From Perna viridis (lineage: Eukaryota): a DNA stretch of 64,000 nt. Shown one piece after another: positions 37,705-50,410 of the stretch. Where the stretch lies: contig CM074516.1 in assembly GCA_037379345.1 (NCBI GenBank), positions 16,058,001-16,122,000 on the forward strand. The letters are read 5' to 3'. How positions within the stretch are numbered: position 1 is the stretch's first letter; every line of letters starts with the position of its first letter. A program made the position numbers and the translations under genes. The notes beneath the pieces were generated by a model. That model had not been told where the DNA came from, searched no databases, and saw only the letters and a list, made by a program, of their open reading frames with translations.

Positions 37705-40700
37705 TCAATTAACTTCCAACGGGCACAGTTTGGTAATTGGTCGTACTAAAACAGTTTGTCCAAGTCTAATTTTGGCGACTCGAACATGATTGTCCTTTCC
37801 TGAGTACACCTCGATGATTCTGCCTAACGGCCAATGTCCTCGTGGAAGATTGGGATTCATTACAAGCACAATGTCATTGGGTTTCAAGTCCTTTTCAGTT
37901 TCAGTCCATTTATGTCTTCTATTTAGTCCTGGTAGCCACTCTTTAATCCATCTTTGCCAGAAATGTCTAACTAATTCCTGGATTCGACGCCATCGTTTAC
38001 GTGGGTTAAAGTCAGTTGTATCAACGGTCTCTGGTGCAAACGCTCCTCCGATTTGTCCATGTAGGAAATGGTTAGGCGTTAACGGTAAGTCATCTCTGGA
38101 ATCTGCCGACTGGTATGTAAGCGGACGCGAATTAATGACTGCTTCGGCACCAATAAATGCAGTTAACAACTCTTCGTCAGTAATGTCCGCATTTCCTAAA
38201 ATGGAATAAATTGCTTTCTTTGCGGCTTTCATCATCGTTTCATGTACGCCTCCATAGTGAGGCGCGAGAGGAGGATTGAAATGCCACTTCACACCTCTAT
38301 TCGACGTATTGTCACATATTTTGTCTTTATCTAATAGTGAAACTAGTTCCTGTAATTCCTTGTTTGCACCGATAAAGTTTGTTCCATTGTCCGAAACAAC
38401 TTCTTGTGGCATTCCACGTCTACTGGCCATTTTATAAAACGCATTAAGAAAAGAGTCAGTATCTAGTCCAAAAGCAACTTCCAAGTGCACGGCTCTCGAT
38501 GCCAAGCACGTAAATAAACACAAGTATCTCTTTTCACGTCTCTTTCCTCGACCCTGCACTGTTATAAATGGACCACCATAGTCCACTGCGATACGCGCAA
38601 ATGCATGTAATGGCGTTCTGAAACGAATGTCCGGTAAAGGAGCCATTACTTGCTCTGCTGTTTTCGCCTTTCTCTTACGACACGTATAACACTCATTTTC
38701 ACACTCGCGTATTTCCTCTCTGGCGGATATAATCCAATATTTAGATGACATCATGGATAATGATTGATTTGTCCCGCACACATGTCTACCTTTGTCGTGG
38801 TAGTATTTCACGATTAGTCTTGTCACGCGATTTTTCCTCGGAAGTATTATAGGATACCTAGTGTCATACGGCAAGAAATCTGCATGTTCAAGACGCCCGT
38901 CACATCTAAGTAGTCCATATTCATCGATTTTCGGTTTTAAACTTAGAAGTTTACTGCCCGACGGTAACTGTTTTTCTTTCATAATTGAATTATAATCCTC
39001 TAGAAATTCACACCTCTGCGCGTCGCGCACGATTTGAGTCTCTGCCTCTTCGATTTCATCTACACTAAGTCCACCTTTTCTACGCAAGTCACGCGTAAGT
39101 TTACAATTTTCAACGAATCTGTTAACCCATGAACAAACACGAACGAGTCTCAACCAGCTCGAATAATGTTCTGGATTTAAACGCCAATCCTTCTCCGATA
39201 CAGACACAATTTTCATTGTAAATATTTCACTGTCCTTGGCAGTCTCTAATTTAGCACCCGATTTAGCGCTTTTAACTTCTTTTTCGCACGATAGTCCTTT
39301 GTTAATACGACATTCAGGCCAGTCACATTCTTGTTTTGATAGAAAGTCTGGACCTTCCCACCATATAATGTCCGATTTCAGCTGAATAACAGTCCTGCCT
39401 CTCGATACCAGATCCGCGGGGTTTTCTTTCGTTGGTACGTAGCGCCACTGTGTTGGACTCGAAGCCCTGTGTATCTCTCCAATGCGGTTCGCGACAAACG
39501 GCTTGAAGTCTCTGCTTCGACCACGTATCCACCATAAAACATCCATAGAATCTGACCAAAACACAAGTTGTTCCGTCGGTATTCTAAGCGGCTCCGCAAT
39601 GGAAAGTGCAAGTTTTAATCCTAAAACAGCAGCCATCAACTCTAATCTCGGAATACTAACTGCAATAATTGGTGCAACTTTCGATTTCGATGCAATAATC
39701 CTTGTCGAAATTAATCCACTCTTATACTCGATTCTCATATACGAAACGGCACCATATCCTTCTTCAGACGAATCAACGAATGTATGAATATTAGTATGAA
39801 TAATTTCCTCATTTTGATCCACAACTTGTAAACACCTTTGAACTTTGATTTGATTCAAATCATTTAGCTCTTTAAACCAAGATTTTGCTTTACATATTAA
39901 ATTTTCATCTAGTAAATTATCCCAATTATATCCAGTTAACCACATTTCTTGAAGCAACATTTTAGCTCTCACTATATACGGCGAAATAAATCCAAGAGGA
40001 TCGAATAACATAGCCACTTTTCTCAAGAAATTTCGCTTTGTGTACACAAAGTCCTCGCCTGGAGGATTTGCTTTGAATGTGAATAAATCTACATTCGCTT
40101 TCCACATAATTCCCAAGGTTTTCACAGTAGGCAAACTACCATCATCAAGATTAACTTCGGACGCGCGATCTTCCTTCGGAATAAAATCTAACACTGCCTC
40201 TGAATTTGATAACCATTTGCGTGCGTACATTCCAGCTTTCCACCATAAATCAGACAATTGATTATACAATAATATTCCCTCATGTTCATTCATTACTGAA
40301 TCCATGCTATCATCCATGTAAGTCGAATGAAGTACTGTTTCCGCAGCTCGCGGATGCGACGCTTTCATGCACTCGGCATGCTTCTGCACAACATATTGGG
40401 CCTGAAATGGCGAAGAATTAACTCCGAAGACAACACTATTGAATTCATATTCATCCGGTTCTCGATTTAATTCCATTGAGCGCCACAAAAACCTGTGAAA
40501 CTGCCTATCAACCGGAGCTATATTTATCCTCAGATACATTTCAGCAATATCACAAACTAACGCAACTGGATTCTTTCTAAATCGCAATAGAACATCAAAT
40601 AAATCCCTCTGTAATTTTGGACCTTGATGAATGACACTATTTAACGATGCATTTTCACACTTTGCAGACGCGTCGAATACGATCCTTGTCTTTGTAGTTT

Positions 40701-43217
40701 CCTTGTCTGGTCTTACAACTGGAAAGTGCGGTAAATACCATTTTCCCGATTTCGGCACCTCTTCTTCAGCTGGCACTTTACGGACGTAACCTTTGTCAAG
40801 ATACTTTTCAATAGTTTTAACGTAATCGTTCTTCACAGTCGCATCCTTAATTAACCTCTTCTCAGTATTCTCAAGTCTGCGATAAGCCATATTATAATTG
40901 TCCGGTAAATTAGCAGGGTCACTCTTCCAAGGCAAGGCTACTTCATAGCGACCATCTTTGAAACACATTGATTGTTCAACGATTTTGACAGCTTGTTTAT
41001 CTTCGGCACTTAACATCTCATTCTTATCGATAGGTTTGACGTGTTCAATGTCCCAGAATTTCTTTAACAATAAATCGTATTCATTTGATTCATTGATACT
41101 TCCGACGAAGTATGTGTAATTGTAATGTGTCAGATTGTCATCAGTGTCTGGATTCCCAATACACGTCCATCCAAGGGGAGTTAATCTTGCTATCGGCTCG
41201 CCTGGTTTACCACGAATATCCTTGTACGAATAATGTAAATCGGCATAATCCAAACCAATTAACATATCAACTTTAGGCTTCGAACCTATGTCCGGAAACT
41301 GTATGCCTTTCAAATGTTCCCACTTAGAACTGTGCTGTCGCCAATCTATGGGTTTCATATTCCCGGTCACCTTGTTTGTCGTGAAAGCTACGATTCGATT
41401 TCTTGTTCTGCCATTCACACTTTCAATTTCGAACTCAACTGGCATTGTTTCAAACGATTCACATTCATCATTTAAAACATTTACTGTCATAGTTTGTAAC
41501 TGTCCATGGAGACCTAACTCTGCGGCTACATCCGAATTAATATAAGTCTTTGTACTAGCATCATCGAGTAGTGCGTTCACTTTCAACTTTCGATTACCAG
41601 TTCTGACAATTACTGGTACAGTTCTTAAAATTACATTATTTACCTTTTCTCGGTCTTTAGCGATCATCGTTCTGTTTTGACGCTCCCCTTCAGTGTTCGG
41701 CTCTGTAACACTTTTGAATATTTCTGAATGTCTGTGCACATTGTTACTGTCCACTCGCCTGCGTTGATTAAAATTGTTAATCCTTTCATAATGTAACATT
41801 CTATTATGAAGCTCCCTACAACCATCGATTCCACACGTTCTACTTCTTGGACACCTTTGTCCGAGGTGATTATCTCCTAAACAACGATAGCAAAGTTTAT
41901 GCTCCTTTGCAACATTCCACCTTTTTTGCAAATCCATTCTTTTGAACATTTCGCAGTTCCACACACCATGCGGCTCATTACATTCTTTACATAGTCGTCT
42001 ACGAGCATTTCTATCTGTGTTTTCAGTGTTACTGACGAAAGTTCTGTTTGTACCCGGTCTCGGACGCCTGACGTCATTGTTGTTCAAGTTGTCTAATCCT
42101 CGGACAGTTTCGCTCGCGATAGTTTGGAATTCCGCTTTCTGAATTATCCACTCCCTCAACGATTCGACTGATTCCGGTCTCCGTTTCTCGAATACCCATC
42201 TATGGTACTGCGCAAGCATAGACTCGGGTAACTTTTGCTGTAATTTATTGTATAACGATCCATTACCAAGTTCTTCACTACGACCGGCATCCCTTAGATT
42301 CACAACAGTTACGTCAATTAAATCTGCGAATTTGTCAATGTCTCTTGAATTTCCCACTCGAATTGGTTTGAAAGTTTCTAACTCTTCTATATAACGTGCG
42401 ATCTGTCGTCGTTTACCTCCATATTTACGCTCCAATCTGTCTTTTGCAGCCACGTACGCTGATTCCGAATATCCAAGATTTTCAACCACTTTTAATGCTT
42501 CTCCCGATAAGTATTGTCTTAACTGTCTTAACTATATTCAGGTGTAGCCGGCGCTTTGTCCACACACGACATGAAGGCGGCCCTCCATGCTTCATAACTT
42601 CGTTTGTCACCCGAAAATATTGGAATCGCAATTCGTTTCAAGTGCTTCCACATGTCATTTCCGATTTCGATACGATTGTCACTTTGAACTTCAACTGGTA
42701 TGTCACGATTAATCCGATCTGCTAATTGTCCAATGTCATCTTTAATTTCACGTCTATCGCCACTATCGTCGGTAACTGGAACATCTTGTCTATCTATTTC
42801 TTCTCTATAGTTCGATGAACGCGATGAAACACTAGAACCGTCTTTTGTACTTATCAAAAAGTTTTGACATTCATTTATCGCTTCAGAAAATTCTGATTCC
42901 ATTTGTTCTAGTTCATTAGCTGTTTTCCGTACATTTAATATTTCGTTTCTCTTCTTATATTCGTCATATAATAATTCCATAATGTTCATAGCATTTTCTT
43001 CTGCATCTGTAAGTTTTTGTCTTATTTCTTTGATGATATCACGATCTGGAATTTCGTCCGGTTCATCGATTAATTGGAGAAGGTTATGTCTCAATTTTGT
43101 GAAGGCCGATTTAGCTTTTGCCTTGTCCTTTTTAATATCCTCGATTTTTTCATTTTGTTGTTCGATCATTGTCTCTTCCATTTTTTCGTTTCTAAGATCT
43201 AACTCCCAATTGCTCAT
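37705..43217 (-). CDS. gag-pol: BEL/Pao Gag-Pol polyprotein (ORFs 42528-43217 and 37705-42489, split by a frameshift at ~42530)
   Basis: IPIFSGD gag motif; three Zn knuckles (CKECNEPHGVWNC, CYRCLGDNHLGQRC, CGIDGCRELHNRMLH); protease LLDDAS; RT WYLPHFPV/RIVFDAS/YMDD; RNase H FVDSSEEGYG/PRLEL; integrase VDYGGP/SDNGTNF/LTPNHFL. Confidence 0.95.
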
Positions 43218-43307
43218 TTTCGATTAACGATCACTAAATGTCAATATTAATTCCGATTATGAATTATAATTTCGATACGATTTCGATAAGTCCGTTTTGT
43301 CCATATT

Positions 43308-43325
43308 AACCACGCTCTGCTACCA
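43308..43325 (-). promoter_or_regulatory. Primer-binding site, initiator tRNA-Met
   Basis: Minus strand TGGTAGCAGAGCGTGGTT, 5 nt inside the 5' LTR; complementary to the ...CTCTGCTACCA 3' end of tRNA-iMet. Confidence 0.85.
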
Positions 43326-43330
43326 GAAAA

Positions 43331-43877
43331 TGGAGCAGAGTGATTGCGCAGTGGAAGCGATTTCACGATTGTTTGTTCAACCATGCAATTGGGAAGCTAG
43401 ACGACGAGCACTATAACTTTTGTCTACGACCATGATTTCGATTAAAAACGATCTTTCTAATCCTACGTTTATTTACATAATATATACATTCACATATTTG
43501 AATACAATGTTTACCGATCGAACTCTGATTTCTAACTGACCATAATTATGTGCCGAATCTGAACAAATAAACCCAATTAACCTAAATGTAACTCCCCAAA
43601 TTACCAATTTGAACTTTTACCTTCTCATTGTCTGTCTGATACAGATCATTAAATATGTTAAACAGCTGACCGCTATCAATATAATTAATTAGTTCCAAGT
43701 ACTGGATGACCAGACAAACAACGACTATCTTATCTTAACTAGATCAAGGTTACAATTCGATTTCTATGTAAAATTATCAATGAAAATTAAAAGTGAAAAG
43801 AAATAAAACTAGCTAAAAAAACGTTATCTAAAAACATATGAAAATTGAAGTCAAAAAACATAATTGTCTTCTAAACA
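43331..43877 (-). repeat. BEL/Pao 5' LTR
   Basis: Near-identical to 36982-37528. Confidence 0.96.
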
Positions 43878-43979
43878 AAACTAAACAAGAAAGTAAAACT
43901 GGAATAAATGACTGGTGTCAAACTGATCTAGTTGTGGCAATGACCGCGCAACAGTCAATTCGACTTAACTTAATAAATA

Positions 43980-46900
43980 TCAATAATAAATAAAATCTCC
44001 AAATCTATCCGGAGGATTAACATTCCTTCTACTTCTGTGGACTAACTGATCAGAACTGTTAGAAACTGAATGACTTCTATCCTCAACTACAGATTGATCC
44101 GTATTATCATGAACATCCTCACCATGAAAAGTAGAATTTGAGAGAGCAAGGAACGGTTGTCTATCTATTGAATTAGGTGATACATTGTAAAGTGGCGAAT
44201 CGTGAGATTCAACCGTAACGCGGGGATCAGAGCTCGGAACGGTGTCCGTTACTTGAGACGGCGTAAATTCGGGCGCGGAAGGATTCAATTCCCTCGCAAC
44301 CGTAACTCGTCGTACAGTGTTCCTATATGGTACGAAACACTCAACGTCCTCTGAAGTATCAGATATAGAATCTTCTACCTCCTCCTTAGAATGAGTAATA
44401 GGATCGGACGTACACGTAACGTCAGCACGATCTTCTGACGAAGTTATCTCTGGTGTGGACTTACATGCATCAGCGGATGAAACTTTGCTTGTTAACTTCT
44501 CATAGAGTGGTAACGAACCGATCGGAAGCAATATGTTCCGGTGGACAGTTTTCATATCGCCTTGTCCATACTCACATTTCACGACATATACAGGTATATT
44601 GACATCGGGCTGAAATTTCACAATATATTGGATACGATTCCATTTGTTTGCGAGTTTGTGCATTCCTCTCAAACCTACGTTCTTAAGCAGAACTCTATCG
44701 CCGGGTTTAAGTACAGAGCTACGAACTCTGAAGTCGTATCCAGCATTGTGTCGTTTACCCGCCTTTTCTGCTTCCTTCTCGGCCGTTTTGTAAGCAAACC
44801 GGAGACGTCGCTCTAATCTCTGAACATACGAATCGCGAGATTTATCGCTCAAAGAATCAGTCTGAGTACCGAAAAACGCATCAATAGCAAGTCGCGTATC
44901 CCAACCTAAAAGTAGAAAATGTGGACTTTATCCCGTACTCGCATGGCGCGTCGCGTTATAAGCATGTACAAGAGGTGAAACAAAGCTCTTCCAATCTGAT
45001 TTGTGGTCATCATTTAGTGTACCAAGCATACAAAGAAGCGTTTGGTTAAATCTCTCGCACTGTCCATTACCCTGAGGATTATATAGGGTCATGCGAGATT
45101 TCTTAATTCCTGCTAGGTTACAGAGCTCCTTAATGAATTTGGATTCAAAGTTCCGCCCTTGATCACTATGCAATCGAGCTGGAAAAGAATAACGTTGAAT
45201 AAAATTCTCCCATAACACCCTCGCTGTCGTATGCGCGGACTGATTTTTGGTTGGAATTGCGTGCGCGAGACGCGTAAAATGGTCAGTAATTACTAGTATA
45301 TTCTCGTAACCTCCCTTACATCTCTCTCGCCATTCAAATCACAAAACCTGTACAATACACCATTTTTAGTGACAATTTATTCCACTCATTCAAAATTCTA
45401 CGAACCTCTTTCGATTTCCTCGCTAAAACACTTTTTGACGGTTTTCGACCAGACAAAAATATATCAATAATGTTCAAATCCGCATGTTGCTCATCAGACC
45501 AGATAACATCACCTATAGTATGATCTAAAGGTGAAAAAGTATCTTAACTCTCAGCATCCTTAGCCACAAATATAGATTCAACACTCGGATTATCTGAAAC
45601 TACAGCAGATGTACACACGGCCTTAACAACATGACAATCAACTGAATGATATATTCGGGACAGAATATCGGCGTCGACGTTAGTTTACCCGCTTCTGTGA
45701 GTAATAGTGAAGTCATAGTCGGCTAATGAAGCAACCCACCTTTGTGCAGTCGCGTCTAATTTTGCTTTATCCAACACATAAGTAAGAGGATTATTATCAG
45801 TTTTAACTTCAAAACGACTGCCAAACAAATAATCATGGAACTTGTCCGTTACAGCCCATTTTAAAGCCAAAAACTCTCTCTTATGTGCAGGGTAAAGTTT
45901 TTCCGCACCGCGTAAACCACGATTCGCGTAAGCTATAACTCGGTCTATGCCGTTTTGCCGCTGATATTAAATAGCCCCCAACGAATCTGAACTCGCATCC
46001 GTATGAACTTCGAACGGAAGCTATAATCTGCATAAGCTAGAATAGGAGGAGAGATAAGTTTCTCAATAAGGGTATATCTAGCCTGCTGCTCAATATATGT
46101 CCAACGCCAAGGAGTTTTAGCCTTCGGTTTCGTTTTCTTACCAACTGATTTGTTCGTAGGGTGTCCTACAAGGAGATCATTTACAGGTTTTGCTATTTTA
46201 CCGCAATCCTTAACAAAGTTGCGATAATATGAAGTAAACCCTAAAAACTTCCTTATATCTTTCACATTTTTTATCTCTGGCGAATCTCTAACAACCCTAA
46301 TCTCGTCATCGGGCAAAATACCGCCCTCAGAGACCACAAATCCCAAGTACTTAATTTCAGTCTTGAAAAAATCGCACTTGCTTCCTTTCAACTTAAGACC
46401 ATTATCCTTTAACCGACTGAATACGGAATCGAGGCGTTTTAAATGTTCGTCAGAAGTTTTCGAATATATAATTATATCGTCGAGAAATACCCAACATTCT
46501 CGTAAATGCATCTCGCCCATGCACTTTTCCATAAGTCTCTGGAAGCAAGCAACGGTGTTCGTTAGACCAAATGGGAGTCGATTGCATTCATAGAACCCGA
46601 GCGGACTCACCGAAAAAGCGGTCTTGAATTGATCGGACTCCTTAATTCCGCATTGCCAGTACGCCGATCGGAGGTCAATTTTGGAGAAATACTTAGACCC
46701 AGCTAAGAAATCGATCGTTTCGTCGACTCGTGGTGTCGGATAGGCGTCTTTAACCATTCGGGAATTCAACTTCCGGTAATCGATGCAGAAACGAAGTGAA
46801 TTATCCTTTTTACGAACAAGCACGATATTGCTCGAAAATGGGCTATTCGATTCACGAATCGCACCTGCTTCTAGCACCTCCTTTAAGTGTTCACGGACTT

Positions 46901-47830
46901 TGTTTGACATAGCCGGAGAAATTCGTCTATATGGCTCTTTGAGGGAAGTTTCGTCACTCAACTTAATCTCATGTTCCACCAACGTAGTGAAACCTAAGTC
47001 GGTCGGTTCCGTAGAAAAAATATTGACTTCTACTTACCTATAAGATCGTAAAATTACGTTTTGACATCGTCTGATAGATCCGCGTCTACCTTAAAACCTA
47101 TAGCATCAAAATACTCTCGAGCGTCTTGTTTAGATATATCAGCGCTGCCGACTGACTCGGTCTCGTTATCTGCGTTGAAAGGATCGGCGTGTCGAAATAC
47201 TTTACCTTCACTTGCACTACAAAGAATTGATTTGGGCTTAACCTTAATGACCTTTGCTGTCATGTTACAAACTCGTACCGGAATTCAACATTTACCCTCT
47301 TTCTTCAACTCAACAACCCGAGGACAAACCATAAGGCTATCAGAAAACTGACTATCGATACCCTCTGGAACAACTGTAATGGCAGAACTGTTGCCGTTAC
47401 GAACCACACCTGACAGAGTTTGGCTTGACATTGGCATAAGCGTAATAGGCTTTTTGTTCGTTGAATAGACCAGAATCGAGTTTGTATGTGTAAGTGAACG
47501 GAACGCCACGTTCCATTCCGGCGGAATGTTTTCATATACCTCGGTATAAGATCTTAACATGTTCAGTACATTTGTACCAATAATAACTGGGACATTCTGG
47601 TTATATTCAGTATTTGAAACTACCAACATAAGAACTGGAACAGTCTCGTTGTTCATGAATGGTACTGTCAAGTTAACCTCTATATAAACTGAATAAGGTA
47701 ATTTGTCACCAGAAGCTATACTTACGGATATGATTTCTTTAACTTTTGATGACACTTTTAATTGCTTTATCATCGTTTCAGAAATCGTCGAAATCATAGA
47801 TCCACAATCCAAAAGAGCTTTACATAGTTA
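43980..47830 (-). pseudogene. pol: Gypsy pol (PR-RT-RNaseH-INT), fragmented
   Basis: ALLDCGSMIST; LRFCIDYRKLN, IDLRSAYWQ, LPFGLTN, VFLDDIII; KTDNNPL; LHSDQGRNFES, NPQGNGQCERFN; C-terminal RSRRNVNPPDRF. Several frameshifts and stops, with the integrase N-terminus apparently deleted near 45330. Confidence 0.92.
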
Positions 47831-47931
47831 TTTATTGTGACGTCGGACTCATTCCTGTACCAACTTATCATTAAATGGGCCATCATTTCTTTCGCCCGAG
47901 TCCCTAACCTGCCCTACGTTTGAGACTCCTC

Positions 47932-49005
47932 CTACCCGTTTAAATGTCCGTCATTTGAGTCTCCACCGCGGCCCCGGTTATTTCCTCCACCTCGGTTACG
48001 ATTCCTGTCTCGGCCCTTTCCATTACCTCGATAATAGCCGCGATTCGATTGGTTCGAGGATTTATCAGTTTTCAGACTTTTAAGTTCCGACTCCATTGAA
48101 TCCATTCTTTTGTCGAATGTGTCTAGTTTTTTTAACACTTCGGTTATTTTCTGGAGTTCAACAGAAACGGAACTCTGTTGTACACTATTACATGTAGCCG
48201 CTGTGTCATTCGGACTCGAATTTGTTAGTTCAAGTTCGATTGCTCGGACCTCTCGCCTTAGCATATCAAAACTAGAAACAGAGTCATACTTATGTCGGGT
48301 GGCATTTCTCAATAAAGGGTCATGTAAACCAGACCAGAATTTAGATCTTAACATGTCATCCTTAGATTCAGGATTTACATGGCCTCGCTCTATAGCAGAC
48401 TGTACAAGAGACTCTAGTTTCATACCGTAGTCAGCCACTGTCTGATTAGGCTGCTGTTTCTCAGTATAAAATTTCTGGAGCAATGCTTCGCTCGAATATA
48501 CATTACCGTATATACCCTCCAACTTATCTATGATTTGCTCAGGACTTACATCCTCTGGCAAAGTCAATAAAAGGTTACGGGCTTGCCCTTTCAATGAATT
48601 ACTCAGGGACTGAACTATAATAGTTTCATCAAAATTCCCTTCTCTAAGTATACACCTGACCTCATACTTCCATACCTCAAAAGTTGCCTCTCCTTTTTGA
48701 TCACCAGAAAAAGTTGGGATCCTAGGCCTTTGCCAGTTGCCATGGGAATTATTCCCGTTCTGGTCAATAGGAATCAGGGAGTATTTCCCTATAGGAGTAA
48801 GAGGGTGTGGTCTAGGGGGTGCGTGCTCGGACTTAACCTTGGGTGCCGGGGTGCTACACTGAAATTTATCAAACTCCGCCTCAGTAACAACCATATACTC
48901 TGTATGATCAATCAAATAACTGATCATTCTCTGTATATCTGTGGTATCTAAACCCAAAAAGTCTAACTTCTGTTTTGTTACAGATTTGTCAAAACCTGTC
49001 GCCAT
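47932..49005 (-). CDS. gag: Gypsy Gag (PNMA-like capsid), 357 aa, frame open
   Basis: PRIPTFSG...FEVWKYEV...SLKGQA...LEGIYG...KFYTEKQQPNQTVADYGMKLE...FWSGL; Arg/Gly-rich C-terminus. Confidence 0.9.
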   Translation of the reverse strand: MATGFDKSVTKQKLDFLGLDTTDIQRMISYLIDHTEYMVVTEAEFDKFQCSTPAPKVKSEHAPPRPHPLTPIGKYSLIPIDQNGNNSHGNWQRPRIPTFSGDQKGEATFEVWKYEVRCILREGNFDETIIVQSLSNSLKGQARNLLLTLPEDVSPEQIIDKLEGIYGNVYSSEALLQKFYTEKQQPNQTVADYGMKLESLVQSAIERGHVNPESKDDMLRSKFWSGLHDPLLRNATRHKYDSVSSFDMLRREVRAIELELTNSSPNDTAATCNSVQQSSVSVELQKITEVLKKLDTFDKRMDSMESELKSLKTDKSSNQSNRGYYRGNGKGRDRNRNRGGGNNRGRGGDSNDGHLNG

Positions 49006-49908
49006 TTTAGTGTCTGAATGGCACTTAGTAAAATTTTAGCAAAAATGATAATCAATGAAAATGAATGATATATATGATGCACTTACCGTCCCCTAAGTAG
49101 TCAAGTGCATGCAAGTCATATTATTAATGGTGCAAACATGCAAACTGTAGTCTTCAAAATACACCACGCACTACAAAACATGAATAAACATATGAGTAAA
49201 TTTAAATTAAGCGAAAAACAATATTATATACAATTTATAATATTTCAATTTAAAGTTTTTGTTATTGTCAATATAATAAAAAAAAATAGCTGGAAATTTA
49301 TAAATGTTCATGAATAAAGTTAACGGACATTGCACATTCTTCCATGAAACATATTAAATTGACCGACTGGTGCACTCGAATGTTTACTGTTTATATATCG
49401 GAATGTCGATGCAATATTGGTGTTCTCAACTCGAAATGAAAGTTCAATAACTACGAATGAGTAATCAATAACATCAAATAACAGAATGCGCTTCAAGAAA
49501 ACGGAACATTTCTTATTCTGTCGTCGTGAAACAAAAACCCACTGTATGTACAAAGCATCATCGTAATACACAACGTTGTGATTTTTGTCGAGCTTCTTTT
49601 ACGCTATCGCACATATTTGTGCATGTCCATTTAACAAAAATCGTAAATAACGACTCTTTTCAATAATCTGGAGTTGCGTATTATCATGAAACCATAAACA
49701 GGTCAAAGATGAGCTGTGGTTATAACGATAATTCATACTACTATGAAATTCCTTGTGAAGTGAACGATGATAACGTCGTCGGCAGACAATGTCGTTGACA
49801 AGAGTCTTTGGCATAAGTCATTGACAAGAGTCGTTTGCAAAAGTCGCTGACAAAGACGTTGAGTCAAATTAAGGGATGAATTACCAAAACCAAGGTTTGT
49901 AAAAACTT

Positions 49909-50367
49909 TGTAATATAAAATTACAGTAGCGAGCTTAACATTTCTCGTATTGAACTATTAAATAATTCCGAACATTTATTATATATATAATTGACTAACC
50001 TGAAAATATAGGGAACTGTTGCAAAACAGTCCACTCTATTCCACGTATGCCTATACAATGTAATGACTACAGGCAGTTAGTAAACAGGTGGTATTTTCCA
50101 TGCAAGAGTGCATTCAAATTAAGGTGTGTTTGACTTTTAAATTTGGTCTGTCAGTTAATATGAACTGATGATATAATGAATGAATAATGAGTGAAATTAC
50201 TTGAATAAAATGTTTATCATATTTTATCAAAATCAATAGTTTTAATTAAATAAAAACAAAAATACGGAAAGTTTAATGGACCTTCCCGTGACAAAAATAC
50301 GGAAAGCTAAAAAAAAATACGGAAAGCTAAAAAAAATACGGAAAGCTTAATGGACCTTCCCGTGACA
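49909..50367 (-). repeat. Gypsy 5' LTR (49909-50293) with a tandemly re-duplicated outer terminus (50294-50367)
   Basis: aaaatacggaaag occurs four times; taatggaccttcccgtgaca occurs twice. Confidence 0.82.
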
Positions 50368-50410
50368 ATTGTAAATATCTAATGTACATGAATTATAATA
50401 CATAACTTAC

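Larger units (their letters stand above)
36982..43877 (-). mobile_element. Full-length young BEL/Pao LTR retrotransposon
   Basis: 547-bp TG...CA LTRs with one mismatch seen; 5-bp TSD AAACT (36977-36981 and 43878-43882); PBS and PPT present; gag-pol with one frameshift. Confidence 0.97.
35740..50367 (-). mobile_element. Decayed Ty3/Gypsy LTR retrotransposon with an extra 3' ORF, interrupted by a BEL/Pao element
   Basis: Direct repeats 35740-36133 and 49909-50293 (~27 substitutions plus a 9-bp indel by hand, ~7%). Domain order gag-PR-RT-RH-INT. PPT-like cggggacg...gggggacca next to the 3' LTR. No TSD or PBS recognised. Confidence 0.88.

Noticed and set aside
37790-48951. Plus-strand ORFs over the retrotransposons
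   Set aside because: Antisense shadows of gag-pol with no motifs.
50258-50367. CRISPR-like repeats
   Set aside because: No unique spacers, eukaryotic context, and the units derive from the LTR end.
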